Shown here: in pieces, positions 18,343 to 26,503 of the stretch
How positions within the stretch are numbered: the stretch's first letter is position 1
How the letters are laid out: the number at the start of each line of letters is the position of its first letter
Assembly: GCA_963719945.1 (NCBI GenBank)
Contig: CAVRDX010000001.1
Span: 520,578 to 584,577 of the forward strand
Reading direction: 5' to 3'
Source: an uncultured Thermoplasmata archaeon
GTDB lineage: Archaea > Thermoplasmatota > Thermoplasmata > UBA10834
DNA: 64,000 nt
The notes under the pieces: model-generated
The model's input: the letters and a program-made list of their open reading frames with translations, nothing else
Told to the model about the DNA's origin: nothing
Database searches by the model: none
Program-made: the position numbers and the translations under genes

Positions 18343-19322
18343 ACTTGTTCACAATACAACTCACACCTTATCCGTGGTATGATTGCCATCAAGACCGCGA
18401 TTTCGGTTAGCGACGTCCGATCTATGAGCCCATCCGACAGATATCCTACGGATCCGGATTTGTGACCAATCCTGTCTATCCCAGTTAGTTCGCTCATCAC
18501 ATCGCCTACTGCCCTTCCTTCTGAAACTGCCTTCAGCACCGATGGAGGATACTCGAATCCTGGCCCATGACCGATTGTCGTACGACGAGCGGAATCAATC
18601 ACAACACAATACTGGACGTCCAATCGGCGTTTCATGTAGCGATCTATGTGCAGACCCGCTTCAATCCCTACCCCGAAGTCCGCTCCTTCAACCAAGACCG
18701 CTTTCTCCGCTCGCTTCATCGCACCCTGGAGCACCTGTTCATCCATCGGTTGCCGAATAAGGTCGTCTCCTGGATCTATGGACGATACATCCACAAGCCC
18801 GAACGCCTGGGTGAATATGTTTCTGACCGCATCAATCTTCACCTTATTTGTCGAGCCCACGACAACCCTAAGCGGGCGAAGCAGGTGTCCGTCTTTATCG
18901 ATCTCGCCTTTCATGATACGGGTGGAACTGATTGGAACGGAATCCTCTGCCTTGACCGATCGTATACAGAAGACCTTGAGCGCATTGAGACCGTGTGCCT
19001 TCCTTGCAGAATTTATGGATTCGGCGTTATGTTTGGTCTCAGGTGAGACGACTATGCCATCCAACCGCTCCGAAGTAGCGGCCGTCCCGAATTCGTCGGT
19101 GATCATTATTATCTCGAATGGCTTTCCAAAGCGTTCAAGGAATCTGATCAGGTTGGCCTTGCGCTGGAAGTACGGGGCTACCAGCGTCTTTCGCGTTGAC
19201 CTGGCGAATTCGTCTGAGGTAAGACCTATCTCGACCTCGTCCGCGACCGAGAATGCGGTCTCGAACAGAAGTTCATGACCACCATGGATCAAGTTGAACG
19301 TCCCACCAACACCTACGCGCAG
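18339..19322 (-). CDS. Fusion protein: phosphopantetheine adenylyltransferase-like cytidylyltransferase (N) + YjjX/DUF84-type non-canonical NTP phosphatase (C)
   Basis: N-terminal half: '(RVGVG)GTFNLIHGGHELLFETAF...IGLTSDEF...FEIIMITDEFG'. C-terminal half: 'RVVVGSTNKVKIDAVRNIF...QPMDEQVLQGAMKRAEKA...GVGIEAGL'. The true start must lie upstream of the TTG at 19292 (see finding). Confidence 0.75.
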   Translation of the reverse strand: MRVGVGGTFNLIHGGHELLFETAFSVADEVEIGLTSDEFARSTRKTLVAPYFQRKANLIRFLERFGKPFEIIMITDEFGTAATSERLDGIVVSPETKHNAESINSARKAHGLNALKVFCIRSVKAEDSVPISSTRIMKGEIDKDGHLLRPLRVVVGSTNKVKIDAVRNIFTQAFGLVDVSSIDPGDDLIRQPMDEQVLQGAMKRAEKAVLVEGADFGVGIEAGLHIDRYMKRRLDVQYCVVIDSARRTTIGHGPGFEYPPSVLKAVSEGRAVGDVMSELTGIDRIGHKSGSVGYLSDGLIDRTSLTEIAVLMAIIPRIRCELYCEQV

Positions 19323-19326
19323 GCCA

Positions 19327-19524
19327 TCACCCCAAGAACATCAGCGTGACTGCAAATATCATTATGATGACCATCACGACGTAGAAGTACATCAACTGGT
19401 TCTTCTTCTTGGACATCTTCGTCTTCCACTCTGTCTCGCATTTATCATCACAGTACTGATCCTTGTACGGAATCGCCTTCTCGCAGTTTCTGCAATGTCT
19501 ATGCTGACCAATGCGTTCTACCAA
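19327..19524 (-). CDS. DUF2116-like Zn-ribbon membrane protein
   Basis: 'HRHCRNCEKAIPYKDQYCDDKCETEW' followed by one C-terminal TM helix. Confidence 0.6.
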   Translation of the reverse strand: MVERIGQHRHCRNCEKAIPYKDQYCDDKCETEWKTKMSKKKNQLMYFYVVMVIIMIFAVTLMFLG

Positions 19525-19596
19525 TATCTCACCATCCTTGCTAACATTATGCGAACTTATTATCGTTTTCCCAATGGGTTCGCGCTCTTATGATGA

Positions 19597-20523
19597 TCAG
19601 AGTTCGACCCTTACGCCTTCGCAACCGACCTTGACCGAGTATGGTCTTCCGCCTGCATCTATGATGGCGTCACATACTTCAGCGGGATGGTCGGTCAGTG
19701 CAATCATGCTTCCGCCACCACCGGCTCCAGTGAGTTTAGCACCATATGAATGACTCGATGCTGCATCGATTAACCTATCAAGGGTCGGATGACCAACACC
19801 CAGAGATATGAGCAGGGAATTGTTCTCTGTCATCAGATGACCTATCTTGACCTTGTCATTTTTGCGCATCGCATCCATGCCATCCAAAACTAGCTCCCCT
19901 ATGCGATCCACTGCTCTCCTCGCATCTAGGCTTGAGTCCACTAGCTTCCGGACCCCCTCCACCAATGGTCCAGTCAAGGCATGCGTTCCCGTGTATCCAA
20001 TGACAAAGGTGAGGTCAGGGACTTCGCAATCGTGGATGTTCCACATACGATTGCCGTTCATTATGCACCACAAATGATTATCCATCTTCTCAGGGCTGAC
20101 AAGGATTCCCCGTCCGTTCGTTGAGACGGATGTATCTGTTGGGCTAGCATTGCCTTGCACAGACAATTCCACCCGGAATGCTTTTCTTGCGATGGATTCC
20201 AACTCGAATGCGTTCTTCTCTGACAGGAGGGAGCCAATGGTCGCCACGGTCACCGCTGCAGACGACCCCAGGCCGGATCCAGATGGAATCCATGATCGAG
20301 TCCTAATGTCAATAGGAGGACCAGCCCAAGCTTCATCCAACGCTGCCGATATATAGCCATGATGTCGACTGTTCATCGGTCGGCCGTTCACGAGATAGCT
20401 GCTAGCGGGTCTCATGCTGCTCTTAATTCTGAGATCTATGGCCAAAGCTAGCGCGGGCTTCCCGAATACCACCGCATGCTCGCCGAAGAGTATTATCTTC
20501 CCAGGAGCCGAGCACTTGCTCAT
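19597..20523 (-). CDS. mvk: Mevalonate kinase (GHMP kinase)
   Basis: 'APGKIILFGEHAVVFGKPALA' MVK motif I, 'PSGSGLGSSAAV' GHMP ATP loop, and 'KLTGAGGGGSMIAL'. Confidence 0.85.
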   Translation of the reverse strand: MSKCSAPGKIILFGEHAVVFGKPALALAIDLRIKSSMRPASSYLVNGRPMNSRHHGYISAALDEAWAGPPIDIRTRSWIPSGSGLGSSAAVTVATIGSLLSEKNAFELESIARKAFRVELSVQGNASPTDTSVSTNGRGILVSPEKMDNHLWCIMNGNRMWNIHDCEVPDLTFVIGYTGTHALTGPLVEGVRKLVDSSLDARRAVDRIGELVLDGMDAMRKNDKVKIGHLMTENNSLLISLGVGHPTLDRLIDAASSHSYGAKLTGAGGGGSMIALTDHPAEVCDAIIDAGGRPYSVKVGCEGVRVEL

Positions 20524-20643
20524 CGAATCCCCCAGACATCACAGCAGATATATCCTTTTCTTAGACAGATGCCGAAGATTGAGATTGCCTGCGCGCAAGG
20601 GTTATTACTCGTTAATCACTTGTCGAAAGCACCAGTGGTCCAC
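20524..20643. promoter_or_regulatory. Divergent mvk/hmgA promoter region with TATA-like boxes
   Basis: Palindromic 'gatatatc' at 20547-20554 sits ~27 nt upstream of the mvk ATG. 'gttattac'/'cgttaatc' at 20601-20617 sit ~27-43 nt upstream of the hmgA ATG. The spacing fits leaderless or short-leader archaeal transcripts. Confidence 0.3.
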
Positions 20644-21924
20644 ATGACAGGAACTTCAAGGATAGAAGGATTCTACAAGCTGAGCATCCCAGAGAGGCTC
20701 AAGATATTGAAAGAATTCGCGACACTGACCGACGAAGAAGTCAATGCTCTAGCGGGGACCAACGGACTCAACGTCGAAGCCGCGGACAAGATGATCGAGA
20801 ATGCAGTAGGTACCTTCTCGTTGCCACTTGGGATAGCCACTAATTTCGTCATCAATGGAAAGGATACCCTGATCCCGATGGTCATCGAAGAACCATCGGT
20901 GGTGGCCGCCGCGTCGAACTCCGCGAAGATAGCGAGGGAGAGGGGAGGTTTCACTACTAGCAGCACTCCCCCGATAATGATAGGCCAGATTCAGATCACC
21001 AACATCGATGATCCAGATATGGCCGCCAAGAGCATACTTGACAACAAGATAGCCATAATCGACCTCGCCAACAAGCAGGACCCCATGTTGATAAGTCTGG
21101 GGGGCGGCGCCAAGGACATGGATGTCAGAGTCATTCAGACGATAAAAGGTCCAAACGTGATCATACATCTGCACGTGGATGTGCGTGATGCCATGGGGGC
21201 CAACGCTGTTAACACGATGGCTGAGGCAGTGGCTCCGCTTGCTGAGAAATTGACCGGAGGGAGAGTCTACCTCAGAATACTATCAAACCTCGCAATATAC
21301 AGACTGGCGAGAGCAGAGGCTATCTGGTCAAAGGAAGCTATCGGCGGAGAGGATGTAGTCGACGGCATCATAGAAGCCTATTCGTTCGCTGATGCGGACC
21401 CGTTCAGATGCGCAACCCATAACAAAGGAATAATGAACGGCATAGATGCAGTCATGATAGCGACTGGGAATGATTGGAGGGCGATAGAGGCAGGTGTCCA
21501 CGCATATGCTTCGCTCAAAGGATCGTATAAGCCTCTGACAATCTTCGAGAAGACCTTGGACGGTGACCTTCACGGCACTATCGAAATCCCAATGGCGGTA
21601 GGATTGATAGGCGGAGCGACAAAGGTTCACCCTACAGCTCGAGCATGCATCAGATTACTAGCTGTGACCAAAGCCAACGAACTTGCTGAGATCGGAGCAG
21701 CGGTGGGACTCGCCCAGAACCTCGCTGCACTGAGAGCACTCGCAACCATTGGGATCCAGAAGGGACATATGTCTCTTCATGCCAGGAATATAGTGGCCAG
21801 TGTCGGTTGTCCTCCGGAGCTGATGCTGGAGGCCGTTGACATAATCGTAGGAGAACGCAAGATACGCATGGATAGGGCCAAGGAAGTCGTAGATGAGCTT
21901 AAACGAAAAAGGGGCCTCGGTTGA
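20644..21924 (+). CDS. hmgA: HMG-CoA reductase, class II
   Basis: 'IENAVGTFSLPLGIATNFVINGKD...VIEEPSVVAAASNSAKIAR' and 'DAMGANAVNTMAE'; ~426 aa without a membrane domain, which is the class II architecture. The ORF-track start (20476) overlaps mvk; ATG 20644 is preferred. Confidence 0.9.
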   Translation: MTGTSRIEGFYKLSIPERLKILKEFATLTDEEVNALAGTNGLNVEAADKMIENAVGTFSLPLGIATNFVINGKDTLIPMVIEEPSVVAAASNSAKIARERGGFTTSSTPPIMIGQIQITNIDDPDMAAKSILDNKIAIIDLANKQDPMLISLGGGAKDMDVRVIQTIKGPNVIIHLHVDVRDAMGANAVNTMAEAVAPLAEKLTGGRVYLRILSNLAIYRLARAEAIWSKEAIGGEDVVDGIIEAYSFADADPFRCATHNKGIMNGIDAVMIATGNDWRAIEAGVHAYASLKGSYKPLTIFEKTLDGDLHGTIEIPMAVGLIGGATKVHPTARACIRLLAVTKANELAEIGAAVGLAQNLAALRALATIGIQKGHMSLHARNIVASVGCPPELMLEAVDIIVGERKIRMDRAKEVVDELKRKRGLG

Positions 21925-21989
21925 TTTATTATCTCTGGGGGCCAGGCAAAGCATATATGCCCATATAGGTGATAATCAGGGGAGTGCCC

Positions 21990-22676
21990 ATGCCTACACA
22001 AGGCGATCTGATTGGATTGGCGGGTGTCTATGGCTATGTCTCGGCAATAATCATTATCACATGGGCATCAAGAAGCAGAATGCATAACCCGAGAAAAGTC
22101 CTCCACATCCTTACAGGAGGCATAGTGTTCTTCTGGTGGACCTTTGAGTCCCGAGAGATCATGGCGTTCCTGGCTGCAGCGCCTTTCGCCATTCTGCTAT
22201 TATTATGCTCTCCCATGTCCCCCATCCGCAGTCTCCGTGAGAGCCCACTCGGAAGCCGTTCGTCAGAAGGCCATCCTTATGGCCTCGTCATGTATGCAAT
22301 CTCATGGACATTGATTGCATACTTCCTGTTCGAAGACCTATTCGCAGCATCCATCGCGATAGCTGCCATGTCATTCGGGGACGGAATGGGAGAATTCATC
22401 GGCAAGAGATACGGAAAGATACGATATTTCAATCACAGAACCCTCGAGGGAAGCGCAGCTGTGTTCATATCGACCTTCATCGCAATAATCATCCTTGAAT
22501 GGTTCTACTTCGAGATGATTGGATACTCTGGTGGTGGGGTACCGGACATGCTCATCCTTTTCGGATTGTCCGCTGCAGGCATCGTCACCTGTCTTGAGGC
22601 GATCACACCAGGCCAGATAGACAACCTGGTCATACCACTCCTGGTTGGAGGTTACTTACACATGCTGGGGGTTTGA
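21990..22676 (+). CDS. Polyprenol/dolichol/phytol kinase-like membrane protein (CTP-transferase 1 superfamily)
   Basis: Multi-TM protein with 'FGDGMGEFIGKRYGKIRY...TLEGSAAVFISTF', the family signature. Confidence 0.6.
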   Translation: MPTQGDLIGLAGVYGYVSAIIIITWASRSRMHNPRKVLHILTGGIVFFWWTFESREIMAFLAAAPFAILLLLCSPMSPIRSLRESPLGSRSSEGHPYGLVMYAISWTLIAYFLFEDLFAASIAIAAMSFGDGMGEFIGKRYGKIRYFNHRTLEGSAAVFISTFIAIIILEWFYFEMIGYSGGGVPDMLILFGLSAAGIVTCLEAITPGQIDNLVIPLLVGGYLHMLGV

Positions 22677-23254
22677 GACTGAAGAGACTGATAGCAGTAG
22701 ACGGACTAGATGGAAGCGGTAAGAATACGCATGCTTCGAGTATCAAGACCCTGATTGAACGTAATGGCGAGGTTGTTGTCATTAGATCCCATCCATCGGC
22801 CGGAAGACTGGGAAGGGCGTCCAAGAATGCCCTGCAAGGGGAAGGGCATGTCGCCAGGTTCCTTGCCACGATATTCTTCACACTAGATGTGCTAGTCTCA
22901 GTCAGATGGTACAATAGGAAGGCTGATAGCACGGTGATATTCGTCAGGTACATCCTAGGAACGGCATATCTGCCTCGAAGACTCGCCCCATACGGCTACC
23001 GTCTATTCAGAAACATGCTCCCATTCCCTGATCTGGCGCTATTCATAGACATCGATCCTGAGATCGCCATCCGTAGGATAGAGCAGAGAGATCACACACG
23101 AGAGATGTTCGAGACAAAGGACAAGCTCGACAAGGTCAGACATACGGTCGGAAGACTCATCGGAGACGAATGGACTGTTGTGGACAATTCAGAAGATGGA
23201 GAACGAGCCTTCAGACAGATAGAGGAAATCCTAGGGGAAAGAGGATTCATCTGA
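22673..23254 (+). CDS. Thymidylate-kinase-like P-loop kinase (atypical)
   Basis: P-loop 'AVDGLDGSGKNTH'. A TTG start overlaps the upstream stop (TTGA). The DRY-box position reads 'VRY'. Confidence 0.6.
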   Translation: MRLKRLIAVDGLDGSGKNTHASSIKTLIERNGEVVVIRSHPSAGRLGRASKNALQGEGHVARFLATIFFTLDVLVSVRWYNRKADSTVIFVRYILGTAYLPRRLAPYGYRLFRNMLPFPDLALFIDIDPEIAIRRIEQRDHTREMFETKDKLDKVRHTVGRLIGDEWTVVDNSEDGERAFRQIEEILGERGFI

Positions 23255-23273
23255 ATGCAGTCTCCGCCTTGGC

Positions 23274-24194
23274 TCAAATGCCTCTGAATACCTTCTCAGC
23301 ATCCTTCAGCTTGCACTTCCTGCAATCCTTGTCACAGGGCTCGATATGGATTATGGCAGTGCTCCCTGGCAAAGCTTTCCTTATCTCTGTTTCCAGATGT
23401 TCCACCAAATCGTGACCATCCTTGACACTCAGGTATCTAGGTACCGTCAGATGTAGGTCGATCTGTCGTTCAGCACCTGACTTCCTAGCCCTTAATCTAT
23501 GAAAGTCGACGAAATCAGTCGCGTGTTCGTTCATTACCATCTCGATGGCTGTGATCTCAGGATCTGGCAGACTGACATCGAGCAGTCCCTCCGTCGACCT
23601 CCTCGTTATGTCATAGGCCGCGCGGATGATGAAGAGAGCCACTATTAGAGCAATTACCGGATCGATGAGTTTCTCACCGGTTACAAATATGATTCCCAAA
23701 GCCACGAACACTCCGACAGACGTCCACACATCAGTCTTCAGATGATATGCATCCGCTTCCAGGGCGAGGGAGTCAGTCCGCTTCGCGACCTCCATTAGCT
23801 TCCTCGATACGAAGAAGTTCAGAATCGCCGATATACCCATAACGACCATTCCGGCAGCAACGAATTGGACTTCTGCAGGCTTGGCCAGTCTCTTCCCGGC
23901 TTCGTATACGATCACTGCGGCGGCGACGAATATCAAAGCGCCTTCGATCATGCCGGATAGATTTTCGAATTTACCATGGCCGTACTGATGGTCCTCATCG
24001 GCTGGTTGAGCCGATTTCTTCACAGAGTATCTGGCGATGACCGCGGCCACCAAATCAATCCCAGAGTGGATTGCCTCGGAGATGACACTTATGGACACCA
24101 TCATCACTCCAACGACTAATTTCATTACGACCAGGAACGTGTTGGAGTACACGGAGAGTCTGGCCACCGAAATCTTCTCTTCATTGGCGTCCAT
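23274..24194 (-). CDS. Cation diffusion facilitator (CDF) family metal efflux transporter
   Basis: 'SEAIHSGIDLVAAVIA...HYGHGKFENL...AYHLKTDVWTSVGV' followed by a cytoplasmic C-terminal domain. Confidence 0.9.
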   Translation of the reverse strand: MDANEEKISVARLSVYSNTFLVVMKLVVGVMMVSISVISEAIHSGIDLVAAVIARYSVKKSAQPADEDHQYGHGKFENLSGMIEGALIFVAAAVIVYEAGKRLAKPAEVQFVAAGMVVMGISAILNFFVSRKLMEVAKRTDSLALEADAYHLKTDVWTSVGVFVALGIIFVTGEKLIDPVIALIVALFIIRAAYDITRRSTEGLLDVSLPDPEITAIEMVMNEHATDFVDFHRLRARKSGAERQIDLHLTVPRYLSVKDGHDLVEHLETEIRKALPGSTAIIHIEPCDKDCRKCKLKDAEKVFRGI

Positions 24195-24315
24195 CGGTCT
24201 GCTCGATTATCCTGCCGCTACTTAGGTTTTGCTGGGCTATCACAAAGGGATGGACCTTCCGAAACAATTATCATCAAAAATAGGGATAAGCAAGACGAGT
24301 TAGCGAGGAATTCTG

Positions 24316-25881
24316 ATGGCCGACATCGTACCCCCCCATTTAGAGAATCTCACGATTTCAAAGCTGAAACGAATCGCTCAGGAATACAGCCTCAACATAT
24401 CATCATGCAGACACAAGAAGGATTTTCTTGCGATCGTTATCGCCGCCAGTATAACCGAGGAGCAGGTAGATAGGGCCCTTGGGAATGCGGAGGATCGGCC
24501 CGCACACCATGAATCGACCATACAAGCCGAGGAGGAACGACTCAAAGAAGAAATCGAGGAGATAGCTGAGAAATCTTCCGATATCCCAGAACTTTCCAGA
24601 CAGCAGAACCTCGATGTCGAAAGGAATATCGACCAGACGCTCCTGATGAGGCCATCATTCTTTGAGATAGATTCACAGGTCGAGACCGCGTGGACCCGAA
24701 TGATGATGGGGGATTACCAAGAAGTGCTCAAGATGAGTCGGGATGCACGAACCAAGATGCTCGACAGGTTCAGTTCATTCCAACTATATACGACGGCTCT
24801 ATCGATTAGAGCTGCCGAGAGCATCCAGAAGGATCTTGCTCAGGCACAGGGGAAACCAATCGACACCAGATTCAAGACAGCGCTTGCCGAGGCCAAGAAT
24901 GCATTCATAGATGGTAGTCCTCGGCGAAGAGAGGAGACCTTGGAAGAACTTGAGGGACTAGCGGCAAAGGCTTATGAGGCGTTCTTTGAGGGAAGCATTG
25001 CAGCTGCTTCGGAATTGCGGACAATGTTGGCAGATTACGAATCCTTCGGGACGCAAGTGAGCGAATCAAGTCGCATTCTTGATATAGCGGAACAGGCAAG
25101 GCAGGCGTATAACATATCCGAGTACAGCACCCTCGTCACACAGGCAAGAGAGATGGCCGAAAAGGCAAAGCTGGTCCGAACAAAGGAGATTGAAGAATCA
25201 TTGGGATCTGTCAAAGCTGCTCTTGATGAGGCGAGGGAGGTAGGAGCAACTCCCAGCATGGGAGAAAAAGAGTTGGAGGAGGCGAAGGTAGCCCTGGAGA
25301 AACAGGCGTTCAAGAAGGCCATCGATCTTCTCTCTGCAATCGAGAGAACTGCTGACCAGGCACATCTTGAGAAAGTGGGAGACAATTCGATTCGGACACG
25401 CCAGGTCGAGAAGATCACCTCTGCCATCGAGAACATGGGGCCTGCGCTAGAGGAGGCCGCCTCATATGGACTCGAGGTGCAGCAGGGTTTGCTCTTCGTA
25501 AGAAGCGCCCAGACCGCGCTAAATGGAAAGGACTTCGTCTCTGCAGCGAAGTACGCCAGACGGCTGAAGCAAGTCTCTGGACCAGTCAAATCCGATCTGG
25601 ACAAGAAACGCATCGAGCTCGGCGTGGCTAAGAAGATCGAAGGCGCCAAGTGTGGAAAGTGCGGAGAAGAGGAGTTATACGCTCATCCTGACGGCATCCA
25701 AAAATGTAACAAGTGCGGGCATTCCTTTTCCCTAGCCCGCGTCATGGAACAACGAGGGCAGTCGACCGATATGAACCCGATCGAGAAACCGGTCTCTTCG
25801 TCCAGTAATGAATCTCAAAAGGACTCTTCTGATGAGACCAAAGAGGGGAAGAGCACCATCACGAGGCTCCTCCGACGGTGA
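24316..25881 (+). CDS. Hypothetical helical protein with SAP/Rho-N-like N-terminus and C-terminal Zn ribbon
   Basis: 'LTISKLKRIAQEYSLNISSCRHKKDFLAIVI' at the N-terminus, a long alpha-helical acidic body, and 'CGKCGEEELYAHPDGIQKCNKCGHSF' near the C-terminus. Confidence 0.6.
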   Translation: MADIVPPHLENLTISKLKRIAQEYSLNISSCRHKKDFLAIVIAASITEEQVDRALGNAEDRPAHHESTIQAEEERLKEEIEEIAEKSSDIPELSRQQNLDVERNIDQTLLMRPSFFEIDSQVETAWTRMMMGDYQEVLKMSRDARTKMLDRFSSFQLYTTALSIRAAESIQKDLAQAQGKPIDTRFKTALAEAKNAFIDGSPRRREETLEELEGLAAKAYEAFFEGSIAAASELRTMLADYESFGTQVSESSRILDIAEQARQAYNISEYSTLVTQAREMAEKAKLVRTKEIEESLGSVKAALDEAREVGATPSMGEKELEEAKVALEKQAFKKAIDLLSAIERTADQAHLEKVGDNSIRTRQVEKITSAIENMGPALEEAASYGLEVQQGLLFVRSAQTALNGKDFVSAAKYARRLKQVSGPVKSDLDKKRIELGVAKKIEGAKCGKCGEEELYAHPDGIQKCNKCGHSFSLARVMEQRGQSTDMNPIEKPVSSSSNESQKDSSDETKEGKSTITRLLRR

Positions 25882-25915
25882 ACATACAGCCATCTGAAGA
25901 GGGAATCCGATCGGA

Positions 25916-26437
25916 TCAGGCTTTCGGTGCCCCAGATTTAGTATTGTTTCCTTGTTCACGAGCCAGTCCGCGTATGATGTCTCCGCGCGTGACAATACCA
26001 ACAAGGCTCTTTTCCTGGACGACGGGCAGCCTGTTGATCTTGTTCTGGACCATCTTCATGATCGCCTCATTTATCGTGATGTCAGGTGCAACGGTGAAGA
26101 CCTCTTTAGACATGATATCCTTCACTTGCATGTTCCCGATCTCCTCGTAAGCGTCAATGATCTCTCTTTGAGTCACTTCCTCCTGGAAGGCGATACCAAG
26201 CGTGGAGATCGATGGAAAGATCAGCCTCATGTCTTTCTTAGTGGTCTTTATCGACCGGAGAACATCGACTTCGCTGAATATCCCTATGACAACTCCTTCA
26301 CTGACCACTGGAGCGCCAGATACGTTCAATTCCGCGAGTTTGGCGGCAGCATCCTTGACCAATGCATCTGGTGAGAGACTCATGACAGGTGAGCTCATCA
26401 CTTCCCTGACCTTGACCATAGTATCGAATCCATTCAA
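25916..26437 (-). CDS. CBS domain pair protein
   Basis: Two CBS repeats ('VREVMSSPVMSLSPD...LNVSGAPVV', 'VKDIMSKEVFTVAPD...NKINRLPVV'). Confidence 0.85.
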   Translation of the reverse strand: MNGFDTMVKVREVMSSPVMSLSPDALVKDAAAKLAELNVSGAPVVSEGVVIGIFSEVDVLRSIKTTKKDMRLIFPSISTLGIAFQEEVTQREIIDAYEEIGNMQVKDIMSKEVFTVAPDITINEAIMKMVQNKINRLPVVQEKSLVGIVTRGDIIRGLAREQGNNTKSGAPKA

Positions 26438-26503
26438 CTGCAGGAAAGCTATAAATCTTTTCTTCAGGCTTTATCATGTCTGAGAATCGGGAGCGTAAAG
26501 GCG

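Noticed and set aside
20476-20643. 56-aa N-terminal extension of the HMG-CoA reductase ORF overlapping the mvk start
   Set aside because: The extension has no similarity to the HMGR N-terminus and overlaps the divergent mvk coding start and promoter. ATG 20644 gives the usual class II length.
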